Position numbers and translations under genes: made by a program
The notes under the pieces: generated by a model
Seen by the model: only the letters and a program-made list of their open reading frames with translations
Databases searched by the model: none
Told to the model about the DNA's origin: nothing
Shown here: piece by piece, positions 9,226 through 16,911 of the stretch
Position numbering within the stretch: the stretch's first letter is position 1
How the letters are laid out: every line of letters begins with the position of its first letter
NCBI GenBank assembly: GCA_017991025.1
Contig: JAGNMT010000001.1
Coordinates: forward strand, 1-50,188
Source of the DNA: Verrucomicrobiales bacterium
Lineage (GTDB): Bacteria > Verrucomicrobiota > Verrucomicrobiia > Verrucomicrobiales > DEV007
DNA length: 50,188 nt
Direction: 5' to 3'

Positions 9226-10446
9226 ATGGAAACTTTGTTCACCAAGTATGACCTTAGTGGGACCTTGCGAAACCAGCCAAAGGGCATCAGAGACGAAATT
9301 GAAAAGCTGGATGAAAACTACCTACTAAATGTATCCGAGGACGATCTTGGAGCAGCGTTGGCACCCAAATTCTTATGGGATCCGCCCGTTCTTGGCGAAC
9401 CACAGATCGCGAGTCATAAAGAGGTTTTTCAGGAAGTTACTGAAATGGATGATCGCTTCTTGGCTCGTGGTGAGTCGTATCAAGTTCGCCTTACTCGAAT
9501 CATCGTCCATGTCCCATATGTCGGAGACACCTCGTTTTTCCGAATGCTGCCCCCTCAAAGCCACTGGACTCCGCCGAGAGCAAGCATTCAATCTAATTAC
9601 CTTGAAATCGTATATGACGTCGATCCGAAGAAGGGGATCCACATTCGCGAATCAATCGAAAAATTTGTGTCCGATGTCCGATATCACCTCGACCAGATAA
9701 CAAAGGTTTCGCATGAACACAATGCGACGCTACCCCAGCATATACGAACGGAGATCCAAGCGCGCAAAGCTAGAATTCTTGATCGGCGGGACTTGGTAGC
9801 AAGCATTGGCATCCCGCTGCGAAATCGGGATGACTCACCGAAAACCTATGCGGTGCCAAGCATACGAAAGAAGCCCGAAGTCAAACTTCCTCAGGCTTCT
9901 CACACCCCTTTTGTTCCCGAACCGGTCTTGGATGAAAAGGAGTATGAGAATATTTTGACGATCATGCGGAGCATGGTTCGCGTGATGGAAGCCAGTCCCC
10001 ACGCGTTCTCGACCATGAAAGAAGAGGATTTGAGACAGCATTTTCTCGTCCAGCTAAACGGTCAGTACCAAGGAGGAGCAACTGGCGAAACCTTCAACTA
10101 CGAAGGGAAGACCGACATCCTTATCCGCGAGAAAGAGAGGAACGTCTTCGTCGGGGAATGTAAATTCTGGAAAGGGCCGGAATCACTTAAAAGCACCATT
10201 GACCAATGCCTTGGATATCTCCACTGGCGTGATACCAAGGCGGCGATCGTAATGTTTAACAGGAACAAAGATTTCACCAATGTCCTTGCTCAAATTGAGC
10301 CCACCGCCAAAGTGCATCCAGCGTTCAAAAGGTTCGTGCGCCAAGCAGGAGAAACCGAGTGGAGGTTCATTTTCTCGAACAAGGATGACTCCAACCGTGA
10401 GGTCCACCTCGCCATTATGGCGTTTGATATTCCAAAAGCCCCATGA
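9226..10446 (+). CDS. Hypothetical protein with C-terminal PD-(D/E)xK-like nuclease domain (RM-embedded cargo)
   Basis: 406-aa ORF, lower GC than flanks, ATGA-coupled to hsdM2; motif EEDLR...GKTDILI...GECKFW...QCLGY. Confidence 0.7.
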   Translation: METLFTKYDLSGTLRNQPKGIRDEIEKLDENYLLNVSEDDLGAALAPKFLWDPPVLGEPQIASHKEVFQEVTEMDDRFLARGESYQVRLTRIIVHVPYVGDTSFFRMLPPQSHWTPPRASIQSNYLEIVYDVDPKKGIHIRESIEKFVSDVRYHLDQITKVSHEHNATLPQHIRTEIQARKARILDRRDLVASIGIPLRNRDDSPKTYAVPSIRKKPEVKLPQASHTPFVPEPVLDEKEYENILTIMRSMVRVMEASPHAFSTMKEEDLRQHFLVQLNGQYQGGATGETFNYEGKTDILIREKERNVFVGECKFWKGPESLKSTIDQCLGYLHWRDTKAAIVMFNRNKDFTNVLAQIEPTAKVHPAFKRFVRQAGETEWRFIFSNKDDSNREVHLAIMAFDIPKAP

Positions 10447-11930
10447 CCCGCATCACCCAACAAAACCTCGAATCCTACCTCTGGGGAGCCGCCGTGCTCC
10501 TTCGAGGCACGATCGATGCGGGGGACTACAAGCAGTTCATCTTCCCGCTCCTCTTCTACAAGCGGCTCTGCGACGTCTATGATGAGGAAACCCAGACCGC
10601 CCTTCGCGAGTCCGAAGGCGACATGCTCTTTGCCCTCTTCCCGGAGAACCACCGCTTCCAGATCCCGGCCGAAGCCCATTGGCGCGAGATCCGGAAGGTC
10701 AACCGCGATGTGGGCCGAGCCTTCCAGCAGGCCATGCGGGCCATTGAGACCGCGAACCCCGACAAGCTCTTTGGCATCTTTGGCGATGCGCAGTGGACAA
10801 ACAAGGACCGCCTGTCCGATGCCATGCTGCGCGACCTCATCGAGCACTTCTCCACGCTCGAACTCACCGTCGCCAACCTGCCGGAGGACGAGCTCGGCCA
10901 GGGCTACGAGTATCTCATCAAGAAGTTCGCCGACGACTCCGGCCACACTGCAGCCGAGTTTTACACGAACCGCACCGTCGTCCACCTCATGACCGAGATG
11001 CTCGACGTGCAGCCCGGTGAGTCCGTCTATGACCCCACCTGCGGCTCCGGCGGCATGCTGCTCTCCTGCATCGCCCACCTGCGGAATCAGAAGAAGGAAT
11101 GGCGGAACGTGAAGCTCTACGGTCAGGAGCGGAACCTCATGACCTCGTCCATCGCCCGGATGAACTGCTTCCTCCACGGCATCGAGGATTTCCGCATCGA
11201 GCGGGGCGACACCTTGGCCGAGCCGAAGCTCGTCGAAGGCGACCGGCTCCAGCGCTTCGATGTCGTGCTGGCCAATCCGCCCTACTCCATCAAGCAGTGG
11301 AACCGCGAAGCCTTCGCCGCCGACCCCTGGGGGCGCAATGTCTTCGGCGTCCCGCCGCAGGGCCGCGCCGACTACGCCTTCCAGCAGCACATCCTGCAAA
11401 GCCTCAAGCCCAAGACCGGCCGCTGCGCCGTCCTCTGGCCACACGGCGTTCTTTTCCGGAAAGAAGAGGCGGAGATGCGCCGCAAGCTCATCGAGGCCGA
11501 CCTCATCGAGTGCGTCCTCGGCCTCGGTCCGAACCTCTTCTACAACTCGCCCATGGAAGCCTGCGTCGTCGTCTGCCGCACGCAGAAACCCAAAGCCCGG
11601 CGCGGAAAAATTCTCTTCATCAACGCGGTGAACGAAGTCACCCGCGAACGTGCCCAGAGCTTCCTCACCGACGAGCACCTCCAGCGCGTCGTCCGCGCCT
11701 ATCAGGATTTCAAGGACGAGCCCGGCTTCACCCGCGTCGTGCCCATAGCGGAGATCCGGGCGAAGGAGGGCAATCTGAGCATCCCGCTGTATGTCGGCGG
11801 TGAAACGCAGGCGCAGACCGATGCCGCCGCCGAGACCGCTACCACCGCCCTGCCCGATGCGCTCGCGAAGTGGCTGGAAAGCTCGGATGCCCTCCGGGAC
11901 TCGCTCCAAACCCTCCTTTCTGGGAAATGA
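10443..11930 (+). CDS. hsdM: Type I RM methyltransferase M2 (NPPY, predicted m4C)
   Basis: Paralogue of M1 (shared GIFGDAQWTNKDRLSDA); motif I YDPTCGSGG, motif IV LANPPY. Confidence 0.95.
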   Translation: MTRITQQNLESYLWGAAVLLRGTIDAGDYKQFIFPLLFYKRLCDVYDEETQTALRESEGDMLFALFPENHRFQIPAEAHWREIRKVNRDVGRAFQQAMRAIETANPDKLFGIFGDAQWTNKDRLSDAMLRDLIEHFSTLELTVANLPEDELGQGYEYLIKKFADDSGHTAAEFYTNRTVVHLMTEMLDVQPGESVYDPTCGSGGMLLSCIAHLRNQKKEWRNVKLYGQERNLMTSSIARMNCFLHGIEDFRIERGDTLAEPKLVEGDRLQRFDVVLANPPYSIKQWNREAFAADPWGRNVFGVPPQGRADYAFQQHILQSLKPKTGRCAVLWPHGVLFRKEEAEMRRKLIEADLIECVLGLGPNLFYNSPMEACVVVCRTQKPKARRGKILFINAVNEVTRERAQSFLTDEHLQRVVRAYQDFKDEPGFTRVVPIAEIRAKEGNLSIPLYVGGETQAQTDAAAETATTALPDALAKWLESSDALRDSLQTLLSGK

Positions 11931-12013
11931 AGGTGTGACTTTCCAATCAAAGTGCGACTTCGACCTTCAAAAACATGAACAAGCCATGTGAATTGTTTTG
12001 ACCCATTCGGGCT

Positions 12014-12349
12014 ATGCAGGTATTCTTTCGCTCCAAGAAGCTCCAGAAGACGTGTTCCTCCGCAAGGGAGATTCAGAAAGTCTTCGGAGTGGCTCGGGCC
12101 AAGAAGCTCCAGCAACGGTTGCTGGAACTCAGTGCCGCAGACCATCTTGGACAAATCTCCCGACTCCCTCCCGCCCGATGCCATGAAATGACCGGTGACC
12201 GCCAAGGCCAGCTTAGTGTCGACCTCGACCAGCCCTACCGGTTGTTTTTTATCCCCGCCGACGATCCCGTTCCCCGCAGGGCGGACGGTGGCCTCGACTG
12301 GGACGCAGTAACTGCGATCGAGATCATCGAGATCGACGATCCCCATTGA
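12014..12349 (+). CDS. higB: HigB/RelE-like toxin
   Basis: Typical pattern LQK.C...AKKLQQRL...RCHEMTGDRQGQLSVDLDQPYRLFFIP; upstream of higA. Confidence 0.85.
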   Translation: MQVFFRSKKLQKTCSSAREIQKVFGVARAKKLQQRLLELSAADHLGQISRLPPARCHEMTGDRQGQLSVDLDQPYRLFFIPADDPVPRRADGGLDWDAVTAIEIIEIDDPH

Positions 12350-12363
12350 ATTTCCCGACCCCC

Positions 12364-13455
12364 ATGAAAGCCAAACGCCAGAATCCGTTCGAGCCGGACT
12401 ACGCCATCCCCCCGGGAGCCACCCTGGAGGAGACGATGGAGAGCCTTGGCATGACCCAGCGCGACCTTGCCAATCGCACTGGTCTGACCGTGCAAACCCT
12501 GAATCGCATCTTCAAGGGCGAGCAGCCCATCACCTACGAGACGGCCAACCGCCTCGAACTCGTCACCGGCACGCCGGCTGCCTTCTGGAACAATTTGGAG
12601 GCCCAATACCGCGAGCAGCTCGCCAAGCTAGACGAGAAACGGGAGCTGGAGGAACACCTCGACTGGCTCAAGGCGATTCCCACCCGGGAGTTGGTCCAGC
12701 GTGGTGCCATTCCTCCCTGCGAGGAAAAAGTCGTGCTCCTGCGGGAAGTGCTGCGCTTCTACAGCGTCAGCTCGACCGCTGCGTGGCGCGCCGTGTGGGA
12801 GGAGCCAGCCGCTGCGGCGCGTCGTTCGACCTTCTTCGCCTCCAGTCCAGGCCCCACGTCGGCATGGCTGCGGCTCGGCCAGATGCGGGCCCGCGAGATC
12901 GTCTGTCGATCCTATGACAAGAAGACCTTCGCGGCCAACCTCCAGACCATCCGTGGATTCACCACGCTGACACCCGAGCAGTTCGTTCCGAAGATGGAGC
13001 GTCTCTGCGCCGAGGCCGGGGTGGCCTGCGTTCTTGTGCCTGAGATCAAGGGAGCGCCCTGGAGCGGAGCCGCCGAGTGGCTCACGCCGACCAAGGCCAT
13101 GCTGCTCTTGAATCTGCGGGGGAAGGCCGAAGACAAATTCTGGTTCTCCTTCTTCCACGAGGCCAGCCACATCCTCAATGACAGCAAGAAGGAAACCTAT
13201 CTCGATGATGGCAAGCGCTACGAGGACGATCCCGCCGAAAAATGTGCCGACGAGTTTGCGGCGGAGATGCTGGTCCCGAGGAAGTTTGATCAGGTGATCC
13301 AGCGGGCAAAATCCGCCGAGGAGATCAAAGCCCTTGCGAAGCAGATTGGCGTCAGTGCCGGGATCGTGGCCGGGCGGTTTCAGCATCTCACTAAGAGGTG
13401 GTCGCATTTTAAGGGACTTATCCGCCGTTTGGAGTGGCAACAGGACGCCGTATGA
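12364..13455 (+). CDS. higA: HigA-family antitoxin, XRE HTH fused to ImmA/IrrE-like metallopeptidase
   Basis: IPPGATLEE...MTQRDLA HTH, TANRLE...FWNNLE; HExxH (FHEASH) and E..AD.FAAEML. Confidence 0.88.
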   Translation: MKAKRQNPFEPDYAIPPGATLEETMESLGMTQRDLANRTGLTVQTLNRIFKGEQPITYETANRLELVTGTPAAFWNNLEAQYREQLAKLDEKRELEEHLDWLKAIPTRELVQRGAIPPCEEKVVLLREVLRFYSVSSTAAWRAVWEEPAAAARRSTFFASSPGPTSAWLRLGQMRAREIVCRSYDKKTFAANLQTIRGFTTLTPEQFVPKMERLCAEAGVACVLVPEIKGAPWSGAAEWLTPTKAMLLLNLRGKAEDKFWFSFFHEASHILNDSKKETYLDDGKRYEDDPAEKCADEFAAEMLVPRKFDQVIQRAKSAEEIKALAKQIGVSAGIVAGRFQHLTKRWSHFKGLIRRLEWQQDAV

Positions 13456-13766
13456 GCGGACAAGGACTTTCGACTCGCATGGCTTTCACCGATTCAACCC
13501 TCTCACATCTCCGGCCCAACCCTCTTTGGTCGGAGTTGCCGGAATTCGACCGCAGCGGCTGGAAGCGCTTCCAGTTTGGCAAGATTGCCGAATGCATCGG
13601 GGAGCGGGTTGAGAAGCGGGATGAACCAGCAAAAGCGGTTATGCAGGCCCAGACCGACGCAGCGACTGAGTCGGTCATCACGGCGCTGCCGAATGCCCTG
13701 GCACATTGGGTTCAAAGTGCTGGATCCGTTCTGATACAGCTCAACACTCTCATCTCAGCCAAATGA
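13452..13766 (+). pseudogene. Chimeric remnant ORF: hsdS 5' fragment fused to hsdM2 3' fragment
   Basis: NPLWSELPEFDRSGWKRFQFGKIAECIGERVE matches HsdS NPAWASLPLFDRTGWKRMAFGDFAQSIGERAE; QAQTDAATESVITALPNALAHWVQS...TLISAK* matches HsdM2 QAQTDAAAETATTALPDALAKWLES...TLLSGK*. Confidence 0.88.
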
Positions 13767-14737
13767 ATCTTTCGAAGGAGCAAAACGACGCCGTGGGTTT
13801 CTATGACCAGCACTATTCTATCGTCTTCGATAGCGAACTGACCGTGGGCCGTCACATCAAGTTAGCGGACCAACAAGGCATAGAAGACCGCATTTGTCGG
13901 TTTTGCGGACTTGGAAAGCCAAACGTCACATTCCGTAAAGTTGCCCATGCGGTCCCCGAGTTCCTTGGAAACAAATCGCTCGTCTCCCAAAATGAGTGCG
14001 ATGCCTGTAATGAAAAACTGGCCGACGAATACGAGGATCACCTTTCCAAGTGGTTTGGTCCGATGCGCACTGTATCTCAAATAAGGGGTAAGGGCGGTGT
14101 GCCGACTTACAAGAACAAGGACATTCGTATCGAGATGGGCGAGAAGGGTCTCGAGATTGGAATCATTGGAGAGGAGCTGGAGTCATCTCTAAACTTTGAT
14201 GGCCCGTTCACCTTCAAGATTCCGGTTCCCACTCCTGCCCAAGCGCATGTGCCTTTGAGGGCTGCGAAAGCTCTGTTGAAAGTGGCTTGCTCGATTTGCC
14301 CGCCAGAGCTTTTAAGCGAATGCCAACCGACTATCGAATGGCTTATGTCCCGCGTGAATGCGAGCCTTTCGATGTTTCCCGTGCTGTTTGCGTTTACACC
14401 AGGGCCAAACCCTTATTGCGACGGTAAAGTGTTTTTGCTCCGACGGAAAAGCGATGCGAAGCTGCCTTTCCTTTGGTGTATCTTGGCCACAGCGAATTAT
14501 CGGTTTCAATTCTTCGTCCCGTTCTGCCCGTCAGATACATGGATCACTCCGGGTGAACCCGTCGAACTAACGCCTCCGCATTTTCCTGACGTTTTTGGCG
14601 ACAAGTGGCCACACGGAAAAACTGGATTCGGGGTCTTCGACTGGTCGGGAACCGAACCGGTGGTTCGAGAGCAGTCAGTGAGCTTCAATGTCGATAGCGT
14701 GGAGAAGGTGGACATCAAACCCGACTCTGAAAACTGA
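13763..14737 (+). CDS. HNH endonuclease-like protein (RM-embedded cargo)
   Basis: CRFCG...AHAVPEFLGN...ECDACN zinc/HNH motif; ATG at 13763 overlaps the upstream stop (ATGA); TGATG overlap with hsdS. Confidence 0.78.
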   Translation: MNLSKEQNDAVGFYDQHYSIVFDSELTVGRHIKLADQQGIEDRICRFCGLGKPNVTFRKVAHAVPEFLGNKSLVSQNECDACNEKLADEYEDHLSKWFGPMRTVSQIRGKGGVPTYKNKDIRIEMGEKGLEIGIIGEELESSLNFDGPFTFKIPVPTPAQAHVPLRAAKALLKVACSICPPELLSECQPTIEWLMSRVNASLSMFPVLFAFTPGPNPYCDGKVFLLRRKSDAKLPFLWCILATANYRFQFFVPFCPSDTWITPGEPVELTPPHFPDVFGDKWPHGKTGFGVFDWSGTEPVVREQSVSFNVDSVEKVDIKPDSEN

Positions 14738-15963
14738 TGACATCCGTTGCTCCATTAATTGGGTCCCTCAAGTCAAACCCCGCTTGGGCCTCCCTCCCGC
14801 TCTTCGACCGCACGGGCTGGAAGCGCATGGCCTTCGGTGACTTCGCTCAAAGCATCGGGGAACGGGCGGAGCCGAAGGATGCGCAGGAGGAGATTTATGT
14901 GGGGCTGGAGCATCTGGACCCGCAGTGCCTGCACATCCGGCGCTGGGGGAAGGGCAGCGATGTCATCGGTGGCAAGCTGCGCTTTCGGAAGGGCGACATC
15001 ATCTTTGGCAAACGCCGCGCCTATCAGCGGAAGCTGGCCGTGGCGGAGTTCGGCGGCATCTGCTCCGCACATGCCATGGTCATTCGGGCCAGGCCGGATA
15101 AGGTGCTGCCGGAGTTCCTGCCCTTCCTCATGATGAGCGACCGCTTCATGAACCGCGCCGTCGAGATTTCCGTGGGCTCGCTCTCACCCACCATAAACTG
15201 GACCACGCTCAAGCTGGAGACCTTCGACCTCCCGCCGCTCGACCAGCAGCGGCGCATCGCGGAAATCCTCTGGGCGGTGGATGCAAGCCTGGGTGCGAAT
15301 GATGGGCTTGAATTGTCACTCTTGGAATATCGGCAGGGACTCCTTGATTCAATCGCCCACGAGTATTCAGAGTCCCACGCACTTGCTCCTTTGGACTCTG
15401 CGATCGAGCAAGGCAGACCGATCTGTTATGGTATCCTAATGCCAGGTCTTGGAATTGAGAATGGAATCCCCGTCGTCAAAGTCCGCGACTTTCCTGACGG
15501 TTTTATTCGCGAAGGAGATTTGCTGCAAACTACCCCGGAAATTGAAGCTCCGTATAAGCGGTCGCGATTAAAGAGCGGAGACCTCATCATTTCAATTCGC
15601 GGCACAATCGGCAGAATGGCCGAAGTCCCACCGTCGCTTGATGGTGCAAACATTACACAGGATACGGCGAGACTCTCGATAGCTCCCGAACACAACCGTG
15701 GTTACCTGCGAGCTGTTTTAGAGTCGCGATTTGTTGAGAGACAAATTCAGTCCCGCATCACCGGTCTTGCCGTAAAAGGTATCAACATCGGTGAGTTGAG
15801 ACAAATTCAGATACCACTTCCATCGCGTCGTAAACAGGACGGAATCGCGGAAAAGCTCTCCACGATTTCCACAGCGCAGAGAGCAGCAGCGGCCAATTCG
15901 GCGCAGGTGCGCAGTGTTATAGCCGCCAGCATTGAAAACCTACTTGGAGGACATTCACGATGA
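14737..15963 (+). CDS. hsdS: Type I RM specificity subunit
   Basis: Two TRDs (KGDIIFGK...; SGDLIISIRGTIG) each followed by conserved helices (LPPLDQQRRIAEIL; IPLPSRRKQDGIAEKL). Confidence 0.93.
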   Translation: MTSVAPLIGSLKSNPAWASLPLFDRTGWKRMAFGDFAQSIGERAEPKDAQEEIYVGLEHLDPQCLHIRRWGKGSDVIGGKLRFRKGDIIFGKRRAYQRKLAVAEFGGICSAHAMVIRARPDKVLPEFLPFLMMSDRFMNRAVEISVGSLSPTINWTTLKLETFDLPPLDQQRRIAEILWAVDASLGANDGLELSLLEYRQGLLDSIAHEYSESHALAPLDSAIEQGRPICYGILMPGLGIENGIPVVKVRDFPDGFIREGDLLQTTPEIEAPYKRSRLKSGDLIISIRGTIGRMAEVPPSLDGANITQDTARLSIAPEHNRGYLRAVLESRFVERQIQSRITGLAVKGINIGELRQIQIPLPSRRKQDGIAEKLSTISTAQRAAAANSAQVRSVIAASIENLLGGHSR

Positions 15964-16001
15964 ATTTTACCAAATCCAACACCGTGGAGCTGACGCAATG
16001 A
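15960..16001 (+). pseudogene. 13-codon remnant of the hsdR 5' end
   Basis: Translates MNFTKSNTVELTQ*, versus the true HsdR start MGFNESNTVEQ; overlaps the hsdS stop and the next ATG (ATGA at both ends). Confidence 0.7.
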
Positions 16002-16909
16002 ATAAAAAGCTTTCACCAGCTTTTGTGGAATTGACCCAGGACGCCCTTCTCAAGGCGATCTGGTTCAAGGGGAGTTTGCGGATGTTCTTGATTCAGCATC
16101 AGATCTCAGAGTCAATACTGGCTCAATGGCAGGCCGACCAATCTAAGCGTGATTTTATTAACTGGCTCTGGCCAAGGCTCGTCAAAGACGAGAAGGGTCA
16201 GAACGCGATCTTGGCGATGGCGAGATCGCTCGCCGAAATGAGGCACTTCCCAGACCTCGAGCGAAAGGAAGATACGAAGGAACGGATACCCGAAGCAGTC
16301 GAAGCAATAAATCGACTCAGAGTTGTTGTCTCTGCGGTGAACGAGACAATAAGTGAAACAAAGGCAGCAGAGAAGCGAAGGCAAACTGCACGGGAACAGA
16401 CATCACAGCTACTAGCTGCGATGCAGTCGCTGGAAAAGCTTCAATCCGATCTGAACGCGCTTACTCCAAAAATCGGAACACAGCCAGGTGGATATGAATT
16501 TGAGAAATGGCTCTATGATCTCGCCATATTCTTCGAGCTTGATGCGAGGCCCGGCTACAAGGCCGCTGGTCGTCAAATTGACGGCGCAATTACAATCGAA
16601 GGAACGACATTCCTCCTCGAAGCAAAGCTGGTCAATGCTCCAATCGGATCACCCGACATCGACATCTTCATGGCTAAAATCGAATCGAAGGCAGACAACA
16701 CGATGGGTCTTTTTGTTTCCCTCTCCGGCTTTAATGAGGGCGCTAAGCTGGCTGCGTCAAAGCAACGCACGCCGATGTTGTTACTGGATTCGGGGCACAT
16801 CTTCACCCTGATAATGCGGGGGATCATGACTCTTCCTCAGGTAGTATCACGAATCAAACGTCACGCGCACCAAACCGGCTCCTCCTACCTCAGCGCCGCT
16901 GACTTTTGA
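15998..16909 (+). CDS. Mrr-like restriction endonuclease (RM-embedded cargo)
   Basis: C-terminal Mrr_cat-like pattern YEFEKWL...QIDG...LLEAK...GLFVSLSGF; helical N-terminus. Confidence 0.8.
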   Translation: MNKKLSPAFVELTQDALLKAIWFKGSLRMFLIQHQISESILAQWQADQSKRDFINWLWPRLVKDEKGQNAILAMARSLAEMRHFPDLERKEDTKERIPEAVEAINRLRVVVSAVNETISETKAAEKRRQTAREQTSQLLAAMQSLEKLQSDLNALTPKIGTQPGGYEFEKWLYDLAIFFELDARPGYKAAGRQIDGAITIEGTTFLLEAKLVNAPIGSPDIDIFMAKIESKADNTMGLFVSLSGFNEGAKLAASKQRTPMLLLDSGHIFTLIMRGIMTLPQVVSRIKRHAHQTGSSYLSAADF

Positions 16910-16911
16910 CC

